A stretch of 64,000 nucleotides of DNA, taken from positions 68,926 through 132,925 of the forward strand of contig JANOAV010000035.1 of NCBI GenBank assembly GCA_031411295.1. Reading direction: 5' to 3'. The notes under the pieces are model-generated. The model saw only the letters and a program-made list of their open reading frames with translations. It had not been told where the DNA came from and searched no databases. The position numbers and the translations under genes are program-made. The DNA is from Verrucomicrobiales bacterium (lineage in GTDB: Bacteria; Verrucomicrobiota; Verrucomicrobiia; Verrucomicrobiales; V1-33). Of this stretch, positions 38,362 to 47,316 are shown piece by piece; within the stretch, counting starts at the first letter, position 1; every line of letters starts with the position of its first letter.

Positions 38362-38402
38362 GCACAAAAGGGAGGACAGGCGCAGCAGGCCCGCCTCCCT
38401 TT
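38362..38402 (-). terminator. Rho-independent terminator of the 38454..39038 gene
   Basis: On the minus strand: AAAGGGAGG, an 18-nt loop, CCTCCCTTT, then TGTGCTT. It lies about 50 nt past the stop. Confidence 0.6.
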
Positions 38403-38453
38403 GTTTGAGGGGAAATTTCATGATGCAGAGGAGGACCATAGCTCCGCGAAGCA

Positions 38454-39038
38454 TCAAGCGGCGTGGGGCCGCAGGACTCGGAGCTGGCGCGTTAGGAACC
38501 GCAGCATGGCCAGGGTGGAGCCGATGAGGTAGAGCCAGGAGAACAAAGCGAAGAGACCGCAGAATCCCAATCCGAATTTCCAATTGGGGAGCGTGAACAT
38601 CCACACGTGCTGCTGGGTGGTGTCATTGAGAAACGCCTGCACCTTCGTCCTAGCAGCATCAGAGCTGGCTGGGGAGATGGACACGGTTAAGTTTCCATTC
38701 CGCCCCAGCAGACTCAATTCATCCTCTCCATCCTGGTGAATGTAACCTTTGTCAGGACGGCTGTAGCTGCCAGATCTACGGCTTACGGACCGATCACTCC
38801 GGATGGTCTTGGCCTCCACCTCCGTCACTTCCGCCACGCGCTGAGTGCGCCAGGGAATGCAGAAGAGCACGCAGGTGCGGGCCGTGGCGGACACGCGGCC
38901 ATCCGCGCCCCGCTCCAGGGTGATCCATGATGCCGGAAGCATGGCCGTCACCAGCACGGGGACGATGATGAAGAGCACAACGCAGATCAACTGAGTGATG
39001 AGTTTTTTGCGGATGGGATGATCGGATGGTAAAGGCAT
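38454..39038 (-). CDS. Hypothetical membrane protein
   Basis: 194 aa with hydrophobic segments near both termini (LICVVLFIIVPVLVTAML and FGLGFCGLFALFSWLYLIGSTLAML). Confidence 0.55.
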   Translation of the reverse strand: MPLPSDHPIRKKLITQLICVVLFIIVPVLVTAMLPASWITLERGADGRVSATARTCVLFCIPWRTQRVAEVTEVEAKTIRSDRSVSRRSGSYSRPDKGYIHQDGEDELSLLGRNGNLTVSISPASSDAARTKVQAFLNDTTQQHVWMFTLPNWKFGLGFCGLFALFSWLYLIGSTLAMLRFLTRQLRVLRPHAA

Positions 39039-39071
39039 GACTTCTGATTGGCTGAAGTTTGTCTGTGTAGC

Positions 39072-39296
39072 TCAGCGCGGGGCTGCAGTGATCAGAACCG
39101 CCGAAGCGGGTGCTGGGTTGGCTCCCGCGTCCGACCACTTGTGGGTGCCAGCCTGTAGTGATCCGGCAGCGAAGCCCAGCATGGTCAGGCCTAGCAGGCG
39201 CAGCCACACGGAACGGACCGAGCGACGTGGTGCGGCCATGGACGGACCACCGAGGCGGTGGATGATGACTTTGGGATAGGAGGCGTTTTGTTTCAT
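39072..39296 (-). CDS. Small secreted ORF, possibly a remnant N-terminus of a larger surface protein
   Basis: MKQNASYPKVIIHRLGGPSMAAPRRSVRSVWLRLLGLTMLGFAAGSLQAGTHKWSDAGANP.. (74 aa from the internal ATG). It sits downstream of a partial copy of the motif array and leader. Confidence 0.35.
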   Translation of the reverse strand: MKQNASYPKVIIHRLGGPSMAAPRRSVRSVWLRLLGLTMLGFAAGSLQAGTHKWSDAGANPAPASAVLITAAPR

Positions 39297-39427
39297 ATGA
39301 GTTTCGCAGTTTGCGGTGATTGAGAGTGAGTGAAGTGGTTCCAGGGCTGTGAGGGCAGAAAGTGCAGCGTCAGGCCGGGCCACTCATTTGGTGTGAGTGC
39401 AGTTTCTCATGATTTGAGAAATGCGGT

Positions 39428-39490
39428 ATTGGACCTCAGTCGGATGCGTTGCTGTTCATTAGCTGTTAGAATATCCGACTTTGGTCGGAT
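39428..39490 (-). promoter_or_regulatory. Two-site dyad array (site 3 at 39428..39445, site 2 at 39473..39490)
   Basis: Minus-strand reading: ATCCGACCAAAGTCGGAT, 27 nt, then ATCCGACTGAGGTCCAATACC. Centre spacing is 45 bp and there is no site 1. Confidence 0.55.
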
Positions 39491-39532
39491 GGAGGACAGG
39501 ATCATGTAGGAAAGAATCATCCTGCAAAATAG

Positions 39533-39640
39533 GTAGAGAGCGAGGTAACGAGACCAGCCCCACGCCCCACAGTAAAAGCGCCACATGGTGCTGGTCTCCT
39601 GACGTCGCCCTCCACATAACCCGTAGCAGGCGAGGTAACC
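39533..39640 (+). repeat. Hairpin repeat family R2, copy A
   Basis: GTAGAGAGCGAGGTAACGAGACCAGC..GCTGGTCTCCTGACGTCGCCCTCCAC plus a partial second unit CCGTAGCAGGCGAGGTAACC. It lies downstream of the FG-GAP gene stop. Confidence 0.6.
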
Positions 39641-39656
39641 ATTTCCTCAATGAAAT

Positions 39657-39687
39657 CACCCGCCGAAGCCAGTGCTCGCGGCGGGTG
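39657..39687 (-). terminator. Candidate terminator of the FG-GAP gene
   Basis: 9-bp GC stem CACCCGCCG / CGGCGGGTG with a 13-nt loop. It is followed on the minus strand by ATTTCATT. Confidence 0.4.
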
Positions 39688-39738
39688 AAAATTTAGATCG
39701 GAGGCAAGAAGCTGAATCCTAGCGACAACCATTTGTCC

Positions 39739-42700
39739 TCACGGCACTTCCTCCACCAGCATCCTCACAAAAAATCTCGGCATCGTCTGCGGCGTATGGC
39801 CCGTGGCGAAAGTTAAAAACGTCCGCCCGCCGACAACCTGAATGGTCGGGTTGCCGCGAGTCCAAACGCCGCCAGTCTCGCTGGCGAAATTATTCCAGAT
39901 CGGCATCTGGGAACCGTCCTCAATCCTCATCCGCACCCGTGGATTGGCCAGTGCCGCATTACTGGCGGTAACCCTGACGTTCACGGGCGACTGCGCAGTA
40001 GGCATCGGTAGCACGGTCAGACGCGCAGCGGCGTTGAGCGATGGCTCTGCCACTGTGGGATTCGTGCCCAGAAAATACTCCAAAAGATTGTAAACACCGT
40101 CGCCATCGGAGTCAGCATAGTTGGCTGCGGTGCCGGTGCCGTCATACTGACCCCAGTTGGTGAAGCGCCAGTTTTCCAGAGTCCCAGTGACGACGAGGCG
40201 CACTAACGCTTCGTCCGTGAGCATGGGATCCAGACGGAAGTCGAGCGTTGGCACTCCCGTGTGCGCTACCAAGGTGCCTGCCGTGGTCGGGTCAGTGACG
40301 TGCTGGATGAAGCAGCCGCGCAACGCGGAGGCATCGGCATTGGCCGTCATACGAATGCGGACCCACAGACGCACGGTCTGGCCGGGGGCAAAATTGATAC
40401 CCGTTGCTGGTGTAACCGTTAGGTAGCCGGTTGAAGTAACGGACCCCACGCTGCCAACCAAGGGATCAATCCCAGACTCGAAATTCATTGGCTCACCGAG
40501 GTCGTTATAGATCTCCACGGCACTAATGAGGGCAGACGCTTGGGCTGTCGTGAGGCCTGCACCCGGATTTAAGCTATTGCCGTAGTTCACGGCCGACAGG
40601 AGTCGAAAGCGCAGACTGCGGATCGCGGCGGAGGCATCCCCGGTGCGTCCGGCATGGGTAAAACTAAGCAACATGGCCACAGGGGCGGCTGAAGGCGTGA
40701 CCGGGATAACGTCGCCCATCCCCAGTTCCATCAGATCAAACTGACCGCAGTTGTTGTAAACGAGTTGCACCTCGTTCCCAGCGGTATCCAGCAACAAAAT
40801 GTCCATGTCTCCATCATGCTCCACATCATACACGACCATGCGATTCAAGGCGGCACCGGAAGCTGAAAAAATGACGTTGGCGGCCCCGAAAGTCCCGTCC
40901 CCTTTCCCTAAGACTAGCACCGCCACGCCACCCCCAGCGGCCACGAGATCCAGCACTCCGTCATTGTTAAAGTCTGCTGCTTCTGCGCAGCGCAGGCCCG
41001 CAGGCAGCCCAAGAATCGGCTTCGGCGTGCCCAAGGTCAAGCTCGTGATCGTGGAAGGCGCGCAATTCACGGTGCCAGTGACAGCATAGAACACATCGGA
41101 GGCTTGGTCCCGATTCGCATCGCCCGTGGCCAACAGACCGGAGGCGCTGTCCCCTTCCCACAGTGGCGTTGGATTGAGCCAAAAGCCAAAGGCCGAGCTC
41201 CAGGCATAACGATAGATGCGGCTGCGGACCGGACTAGTCTCCGTGGTCATGGCCATTAGTTCCAGCCGACCGGAGCCATTGATTTGCACCGGGCAAATCT
41301 TCGTCACGGGTCCTATATTGCTGACCACAATTTCCGTAGTCCAACTGGGAGTATATGCGCCACCTCTGCGCAGCAACGTGATTCCAGTGGCATGACCGAT
41401 GATGATATCGTTGTGGCCATCCTGATCCACATCCGCCACCATCAATTCAGTGGTGCCGGGCGGCAGGGGCGCGACGTTTGTTACCACCCACGTCGAGGCT
41501 GCGCGTGAGACCAACTGCAATTGCCCAATGCCTTCAGCAGCGGTCACCACATCGTCACGACCATCATGGGTGAGGTCGCCCACGGCCAGCACACTAGCTC
41601 CAGCAATGGAGGTGGATATCACCTGCGAATTACCCAGCGCAGGCCCGACGTCGGTATACCGATGCCCACTTTCCCATTTCACCGTATTAAGGGAGGGAAT
41701 GGACCACACCAGATCTCCCTCGCCATCATTGTCCATGTCCCCAGGACAAATATCTCCAATGGGGGCGGACGCATGGATGACCTGTTGGGAGCTAAACTCA
41801 GCGCTGCGGTGAATGGCCGTGTTCCGCAACCAAAAGATACTGCCGATAGCGCTATAAACGAGGTCCGGGTCACCATCACCATCCACATCACCGGAGTAGA
41901 TTTCCGCAGCTTCGTTACCAGCCAGCAGCACCTTGGGAACTAGAAAACTCCCCCCACTGTTCTCCGCCCACAAAATCTGGTGCGAGCCCTGATTACTGTT
42001 GTCCACGTAGAACGCCTGATCTCCGAACACGGCATCCAGATCGCCATCTTCATCCACGTCAACGAGGTGGGTGCCACGCACCCGGCCCGTCGTGTGATTT
42101 TGGATGGAGCTTGGCGCATCGAATCCAGCCCCGTTCCAACGGCACCATGAACTCCGCTGAGCCAAGCCAGCGGTGCCACTAGTCAACACCAGATCGGGGT
42201 AACCGTCACGATCAATGTCCCCACTTTCCATGTGGGTAATGGATCCAGTAAACGTGATATCCGGCCAGGATTGAAAAATGCCGGACGGGGTGCCGCCCAG
42301 GGAGGCAACATTGGTCGCTCCCATCGTCAGATCCATGAAACCATCTTGATCGAAATCTTCCGTCAGCGCTTCGAGCCAATAGGTGGCTGTGACATTCTGC
42401 GTCATTGGTGGCTGGAGCGTGAAGACTCCCGCATTATTTGCCGCCCAAGCAATGCGCCGCACCGATTCCCCGGTCACGGTGTGAAACAATCCTGCATCAA
42501 GGTCCCCATCGCTGTCGTAATCACCCACAATCGCTCCTGCTTGCAGCGCGGCATCAGGAACCGCAACCTCCAGCACTTTCGTAAAAACAAAGTTTGCGTC
42601 ATTGCGCAGCACGACGAGTTGCGAGGGGCTCAAGGTATTGAGGACCACATCCGTGTCACCATCGCCATCCATGTCCCGAGTTACCACCCGGCCCAGCGAG

Positions 42701-42996
42701 GCAGCCGGCCAGGAAAGCGTGGCCACCTGAGTGAACGAGGTTCCGGTGGTGTAACGCATCCATACCAAATTATGCGTGGAGGCTGTCAGCACCTCCTCCT
42801 GACCATCCCGATTGAAATCCGCCACTCCCACCACTTTGCCGAAACTAGTTTGGATCGTCGTCGGCCCAGTAAAAGGATAGGCCATCGCGCGAGGAAGCAA
42901 TGCCGCGAGCATCATGACAGTGCAGAAGATGAGCTTCACTGCGGGACCAGCGAAGCGACGGGTGATGACTTTGGAAAGGGACGGGGTGAATTTCAT
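39739..42996 (-). CDS. Giant secreted FG-GAP/VCBS-repeat (integrin-alpha-like propeller) protein
   Basis: At least 12 Ca-binding-type repeats (DMDGDGDTDVV, GDYDSDGDLDAG, DFDQDGFMDL, GDIDRDGYPDLV, DVDEDGDLDAV, GDVDGDGDPDLV and others), a C-terminal DSDGDGVYNLLEYFLGTNP, and a signal peptide. Confidence 0.9.
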   Translation of the reverse strand: MKFTPSLSKVITRRFAGPAVKLIFCTVMMLAALLPRAMAYPFTGPTTIQTSFGKVVGVADFNRDGQEEVLTASTHNLVWMRYTTGTSFTQVATLSWPAASLGRVVTRDMDGDGDTDVVLNTLSPSQLVVLRNDANFVFTKVLEVAVPDAALQAGAIVGDYDSDGDLDAGLFHTVTGESVRRIAWAANNAGVFTLQPPMTQNVTATYWLEALTEDFDQDGFMDLTMGATNVASLGGTPSGIFQSWPDITFTGSITHMESGDIDRDGYPDLVLTSGTAGLAQRSSWCRWNGAGFDAPSSIQNHTTGRVRGTHLVDVDEDGDLDAVFGDQAFYVDNSNQGSHQILWAENSGGSFLVPKVLLAGNEAAEIYSGDVDGDGDPDLVYSAIGSIFWLRNTAIHRSAEFSSQQVIHASAPIGDICPGDMDNDGEGDLVWSIPSLNTVKWESGHRYTDVGPALGNSQVISTSIAGASVLAVGDLTHDGRDDVVTAAEGIGQLQLVSRAASTWVVTNVAPLPPGTTELMVADVDQDGHNDIIIGHATGITLLRRGGAYTPSWTTEIVVSNIGPVTKICPVQINGSGRLELMAMTTETSPVRSRIYRYAWSSAFGFWLNPTPLWEGDSASGLLATGDANRDQASDVFYAVTGTVNCAPSTITSLTLGTPKPILGLPAGLRCAEAADFNNDGVLDLVAAGGGVAVLVLGKGDGTFGAANVIFSASGAALNRMVVYDVEHDGDMDILLLDTAGNEVQLVYNNCGQFDLMELGMGDVIPVTPSAAPVAMLLSFTHAGRTGDASAAIRSLRFRLLSAVNYGNSLNPGAGLTTAQASALISAVEIYNDLGEPMNFESGIDPLVGSVGSVTSTGYLTVTPATGINFAPGQTVRLWVRIRMTANADASALRGCFIQHVTDPTTAGTLVAHTGVPTLDFRLDPMLTDEALVRLVVTGTLENWRFTNWGQYDGTGTAANYADSDGDGVYNLLEYFLGTNPTVAEPSLNAAARLTVLPMPTAQSPVNVRVTASNAALANPRVRMRIEDGSQMPIWNNFASETGGVWTRGNPTIQVVGGRTFLTFATGHTPQTMPRFFVRMLVEEVP

Positions 42997-43040
42997 GAGA
43001 TTTTGGAAGTTAGATTGAGATGGGTTAAAATATTTCCAAC

Positions 43041-43229
43041 GTTGTGTCGCGACCTGGCACTGTTACTTTCCGTGATTCCCCGGCTCCCTCACACGAGGGA
43101 ACCCGGCGTGGCGCGGGTTACTGATGCCCACCAAGGCTGAATCAGGTCCGCGCAGTTCTCCGCCTAGAGGTTAGGCAGAAAGAGCAGCGCCAGGCCGCGA
43201 CACTCATTTGGTGTGAGGGTAGTTTCCCA
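43041..43229 (-). promoter_or_regulatory. Conserved ~190-nt leader, copy 1 (upstream of the FG-GAP gene)
   Basis: By eye it aligns with 45962..46149 at roughly nine identical positions in ten, with one 1-nt indel. The 45-70 nt next to each ATG and the coding regions are unrelated. Confidence 0.6.
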
Positions 43230-43247
43230 TGTTTTGAGAAATGCGGT

Positions 43248-43341
43248 ATTGGACCTCGGTCGGATGAGTTGCTGTTGAATAGCTGTTAGAATATCCGACT
43301 TTAGTCTTAGAAATGGCTGACAAGTCCGACGTTGGTCGGAT
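43248..43341 (-). promoter_or_regulatory. Three-site dyad array upstream of the FG-GAP gene
   Basis: Site 3 at 43248..43265, site 2 at 43293..43310, site 1 at 43324..43341. Centre spacings are 45 and 31 bp. Confidence 0.6.
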
Positions 43342-43343
43342 GG

Positions 43344-43421
43344 GTAGAGGACAAAGCTCGAGACCAGCACCTCGCAGTCTTTCTCCTGCGAGGCGTGGGT
43401 CTCGTTACCTCGCCCGCTACG
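43344..43421 (-). repeat. Hairpin repeat family R2, copy B (inverted orientation)
   Basis: GAGACCAGCACCTCGCAG..CTGCGAGGCGTGGGTCTCGTTACCTCGCCCGCTACGGG. It lies just downstream of the NHL gene stop. Confidence 0.55.
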
Positions 43422-43499
43422 GGATCATGCAAAACACCCGCCGGAGTTTCCTCCTGCGGGTGTTGGCTGCGTCGGTTCAAACTTTACCGACTGCTCATG

Positions 43500-45890
43500 T
43501 CACCGCCCTTGAAGGCGATAGAATTTCTTCGGCCCTGAGGGAGGGGCGGTGGCGGTCCAGGTCAGGATGCCACCAGCGGGCATGGTGTCAGTGCGCTCGA
43601 TGGTGCTCCAGTCGAGCAGGTCGGTGGAGGAGCGGATGTCGTATTGTTCGCCCTGGGGACCGCTGATGGTGAGGGTGAAGCGATTCTGAGGATTGAAGCC
43701 GAACGCGGTGATCCTGCTGGAGAGGCCGGGACTGAAGCGCAGGAGGTTCCCGTTAGCCACCCAGATGTGACCAGCACTGTCCAGCGCCACGCGGGAGGCG
43801 CCCTGATAGGTGCCATAGACTTTTGCGGGATCACCGAAGGAGCCGTCGGGCACGACGGTGGCAGGCTGGGTGTGGGCACTTTGATACCATGCGATGTCCT
43901 TCTGATCATAGCGGGAAAGGTAAAGGGTGTCGCTGGCACCGAGGCCCAGGCCGGAGACGAGCGTGCCAGTGGCCGCGTTGTTGGTGGTGAAGTTCGGTTG
44001 CAGCAGCACTCCGTCGGCGTTGCCGTTGTTCGGTTTATTCACCGCAGCTTCAAAACGCAGCACTCGCTCATTGCCCGTGTCTGCGACCCAGAGGCGGCCA
44101 GTGATGAAGTCCACTGCGAGGCATCCAGGAAAATAAAGACCGCTGGCACTGAGCGGATGCGTGCCGGCGGTGGTGAGATTGGACGCGCCTAACACGCCGG
44201 AGGCTGCCCCGCCGTTGCCGAGAGTGATCGGGCTGTCGAAGCGCAGCACGCGATGGTTGTTGCGGTCGGAAACCCACAACCGGCGGACGACGGTCTGGAA
44301 GGTCGCATTAAATCCCCATTCCACCGCCAGCCCGGACGGAGTGTTGAGGCGGGACGCGCCCAGTCCGCTGCCAGCGGCAGTGAAGGTTGCCTGGCCGAGC
44401 ACTTGGCTGGCCGCAGTGCCGCTGGCAATCGTGGTGGCATTGGCAAAGCGGAGCACACGATGATTGCGGGCGTCAGCGACCCAAAGGTTGCCGAGTCCAT
44501 CGTAAGCCAGACTGCCCGGGCCGTCCATCTTCGAGGCCGTGGTGCCGCCAGTTGTGGTATTGAAATCAGGCTGCCCTAGCACGGCCTCGGGCACACTATC
44601 GGCTGTGAGTGATGGTGCCGCAGGGAAGCGGAGCACGCGGTTTCCAGAGGCATCGGACATAAAGAGTTTCCCACTGACGGACTCAACGAGCACCTCGTTG
44701 GCCCCAAGGAACGTGGGGCGTGCGAAGGACTTCCTTCCCAACACGCCGTCCGCATCCGTGCCGTTGCCTTTGGTAGCTGCATTGTCGTGGCGCACGACGC
44801 GGTTGGTGGTGTCACCAATCCAAAGGCGTCCGGCAAAGGCCGCAATGCTGGTCGGAAGCGTGAGGCCGCCCGCGCTTTCGGACATGCTGGCGGAGTTGAA
44901 GTCAATCTGTCCCAGCACGAGATCGGCATTGGCTCCGATCGCCTTGCTGCCTGCAGCCGTGAAATAGAGCGCACGATGATTATTGAAGTCCGCAACCCAC
45001 AGGCCGCCGTTGTCCATCGCAGCCTTGTAAGGCCGGTTGAGACGACTCGGGCCGCCCGCACCAGGAGTCGCGCCATAGACCGACTGACCCAACAGCTTGT
45101 CGCTCGGAGCCCCATTGATTTTGGCCCCGGGATTGTTGAATCCAAGCACACGGTTGTTATACCAATCCACTACCCACAGGCGCACTGTGGTGCCGCCGGA
45201 ATTTTCCACCGCTAGACCAGTGGGTGTATTGAACTCAGTTTCGGTTCCGCCGCTGAATCCACCCGTCATGGAGGTCTGGCCCAACACCCCGTCGGCATTC
45301 ACCCCACTGCTGCGGCTGGCGGCATTGTCAAAACGCAACACGCGGCTGTTTGAGGAATCCGCCACCCACAGCCGGCCAGCGGCATCCATTTCCACATCTT
45401 GCGGTGACTTCATGCGGTTGGCCGCCGTGCCGAAGTCTGTGGAAGTAAAATTTGGCTGCCCCAGAACTACGGAAGCTGCCGCACCGCTGCTGGCGGTGAG
45501 TGCATTATCAAAGCGGAGCACCCGGCTGTTTCCCGTATCCGCCACCCAGAGTCTGCCGCCAGCGTCCACACAGATACCCGAGGGATCATTCAATTGATTC
45601 GTCCCCGCCCCAGGCAGCAACTCATCCATGTCGGCGGCCCCAAACACCGCCTCCGCCAACCCGCCGTTCTGCAGCGATGCCGCCGAACTGAAGCGCAGCA
45701 CACGGTGCCGCGCACCATCGGCCACAAACACTTTCTGCTGCACGGGATCCACTGCGATGTCCTTCGCAGAAAAGAGCCCTGCGGCTTCCATGCCGCCGAT
45801 GACAAGGTCCGGGGTCTGACCGGAAGTGAAACCCGCCTGCGCAGTCGCAGTGGTAAGGAGTAAGGCGATAAGCAATGCGAGTCTGTTCAT
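43500..45890 (-). CDS. Secreted NHL-repeat beta-propeller protein
   Basis: Signal peptide MNRLALLIALLLTTATAQA. At least 10 NHL-type units end in N(H/S)RVLRF (ARHRVLRFSS, GNSRVLRFDN, RNHRVLRFAN and others). Confidence 0.9.
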   Translation of the reverse strand: MNRLALLIALLLTTATAQAGFTSGQTPDLVIGGMEAAGLFSAKDIAVDPVQQKVFVADGARHRVLRFSSAASLQNGGLAEAVFGAADMDELLPGAGTNQLNDPSGICVDAGGRLWVADTGNSRVLRFDNALTASSGAAASVVLGQPNFTSTDFGTAANRMKSPQDVEMDAAGRLWVADSSNSRVLRFDNAASRSSGVNADGVLGQTSMTGGFSGGTETEFNTPTGLAVENSGGTTVRLWVVDWYNNRVLGFNNPGAKINGAPSDKLLGQSVYGATPGAGGPSRLNRPYKAAMDNGGLWVADFNNHRALYFTAAGSKAIGANADLVLGQIDFNSASMSESAGGLTLPTSIAAFAGRLWIGDTTNRVVRHDNAATKGNGTDADGVLGRKSFARPTFLGANEVLVESVSGKLFMSDASGNRVLRFPAAPSLTADSVPEAVLGQPDFNTTTGGTTASKMDGPGSLAYDGLGNLWVADARNHRVLRFANATTIASGTAASQVLGQATFTAAGSGLGASRLNTPSGLAVEWGFNATFQTVVRRLWVSDRNNHRVLRFDSPITLGNGGAASGVLGASNLTTAGTHPLSASGLYFPGCLAVDFITGRLWVADTGNERVLRFEAAVNKPNNGNADGVLLQPNFTTNNAATGTLVSGLGLGASDTLYLSRYDQKDIAWYQSAHTQPATVVPDGSFGDPAKVYGTYQGASRVALDSAGHIWVANGNLLRFSPGLSSRITAFGFNPQNRFTLTISGPQGEQYDIRSSTDLLDWSTIERTDTMPAGGILTWTATAPPSGPKKFYRLQGR

Positions 45891-45961
45891 GGTATGAATG
45901 AAGTTGCAGGAATTCTCCTGTTGGTTTGGGTTTTGCAGTGATTGAAGAAATGGAATCCAAA

Positions 45962-46149
45962 GTGATGTCGCGGCCTGGCACTGTTACTTTCCGTGGTTCC
46001 CCGGATCCCTCACACGAGGGCTCCCGGCGTGGCGCGGATTGCTGATGCCCACCAAGGTTAATCAGGTCCGCGCAATTCTCCGCCTAGAGGTTAGGCAGAA
46101 AGTGCAGCGCCAGGCCGCGACACTCAGTTGGTGTAAGGCTAGCTTCCCA
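45962..46149 (-). promoter_or_regulatory. Conserved ~190-nt leader, copy 2 (upstream of the NHL gene)
   Basis: See 43041..43229. A shorter third copy of the distal ~75 nt lies at 39352..39427. Confidence 0.6.
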
Positions 46150-46168
46150 CACCTGGCAGAAAACGGGT

Positions 46169-46262
46169 ATCGGACCTCAGTCGGATACGTTGCTGCTGAT
46201 TAGCTGTTAGATCATCCGACTTTAGTCCTAGAAGCCCGTGTCAATTCCGACCTTGGTCGGAG
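46169..46262 (-). promoter_or_regulatory. Three-site dyad array upstream of the NHL gene
   Basis: Site 3 at 46169..46186, site 2 at 46214..46231, site 1 at 46245..46262. Centre spacings are 45 and 31 bp. Confidence 0.6.
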
Positions 46263-46328
46263 CAGCCAGCCTGACCAGTCCGGTGCCAGTGACTCCGAAT
46301 AAAGTCCTTTTTCACCTTAGCCAGACTA

Positions 46329-46586
46329 ATGCAGGATGTGACCTCCAATGCGATGCGGCAGCGCGTTGCCAAAGCCATAGATCTTGCGGCCCTGCCACAC
46401 GTGCTTCGAGCCGTGCTGGATGCTGAACTCGCTGCTGGCAATGCACTGGTGGCGGTGGAGCACGGCTTCCCGGCAGCCCCGTGTGGCGCGGTGTTTAAGC
46501 TCGCTTCCCCACTGCGCTCCAGAGCACACAGTTCAGGCGGTGGCATCAGCTATCGCGAACTCTGCCCCCTCATTGGCGAAAGTTAG
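46329..46586 (+). CDS. Hypothetical small protein (weak call)
   Basis: 85-aa ORF with GC-rich third positions. It is divergent from the NHL promoter region and convergent with 46603..47148. Confidence 0.3.
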   Translation: MQDVTSNAMRQRVAKAIDLAALPHVLRAVLDAELAAGNALVAVEHGFPAAPCGAVFKLASPLRSRAHSSGGGISYRELCPLIGES

Positions 46587-46602
46587 CGAGCGTGCGTGCG
46601 GC

Positions 46603-47148
46603 TTAGGCACGACCAAGATAAACCGAGCGGATGAGCGGTTGGCTCGGCTTGGAATCCAAGAGGACCACCTGAGTCCCATGATTTTTGGCCAGGCCAAAAA
46701 CAAAGCCGGAGGAAGGAAGCCGGAGGCGCACCGTCCGTTGCGCGCCTTGGTAGGTGTAACGGATCCACGCATAGTAGGAATGGCCAACCGTTCGACTAAT
46801 CGGAGAATCCTCAACTTCACGTCGCACCTCCACTGCCTCCAGATCATCCACCATTGCACGGATGATATTTCCCTGCGTTAGAATGCGCTTCACCAGCAAA
46901 TAACGCCGCACCAAAAGGATCAGTCCCAGAAAAATCATTCCGCTCGCTGCCAGCGTAGCATAGTGCGTTAAGGACATATCAAAGTCCCGATCGGCTGACG
47001 CGGGAGCCGCTGCGATGGATGGTGAGATCCACTTCATCCCAGCGGCCAGGACTACTCCGGCCAGGCATAGTTTCCCGGACCGTCGCAGGGGAAGATCTAC
47101 GAAATACAGGGATTTAAAACTGGGGAGGGACTGGGTTTCAGGGTTCAT
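46603..47148 (-). CDS. Membrane protein, DUF3592-like
   Basis: The start was moved to MNPETQSLPSF (ATG at 47148) because the motif array lies inside the longer track ORF. Two TM segments flank a beta-rich segment (GNIIRAMVDDLEAVEV..YAWIRYTYQG). Confidence 0.55.
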   Translation of the reverse strand: MNPETQSLPSFKSLYFVDLPLRRSGKLCLAGVVLAAGMKWISPSIAAAPASADRDFDMSLTHYATLAASGMIFLGLILLVRRYLLVKRILTQGNIIRAMVDDLEAVEVRREVEDSPISRTVGHSYYAWIRYTYQGAQRTVRLRLPSSGFVFGLAKNHGTQVVLLDSKPSQPLIRSVYLGRA

Positions 47149-47205
47149 GGCTATGGAAGCTCTTGGTGGCGTGGGTAATCTTTCCACCACCGGACCAAAT
47201 AGGGT

Positions 47206-47266
47206 ATCGGACTTCAGTCGGATAAAGCAACGTTCTGCGGTATCGGGCATCCGACTAATGGCGGAT
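47206..47266 (-). promoter_or_regulatory. Two-site dyad array upstream of 46603..47148
   Basis: Site 3 at 47206..47223 (minus strand ATCCGACTGAAGTCCGATACC). A degenerate site 2 at 47249..47266 (ATCCGACTAATGGCGGAT). Centre spacing is 43 bp. Confidence 0.45.
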
Positions 47267-47316
47267 GCTACCCAATTGTTCCCATCCCAAAGCGCAACGG
47301 CCAAGCGTTGGATCCT

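Noticed and set aside
43053-43070. Sigma-54-like TGGCAC-N5-CTTT in both copies of the conserved leader
   Set aside because: The -12 element lacks the GC of TTGC. The motif is on the plus strand and points away from the FG-GAP and NHL genes.
43195-43235. 8-codon upstream ORF in the leader (MGNYPHTK at 43 kb, MRNCTHTK at 39 kb)
   Set aside because: The ATG and the frame are not conserved in the third copy (46.1 kb), where the equivalent sequence reads GTGGGAAGCTAG. Conservation is at the nucleotide level, not the peptide level.
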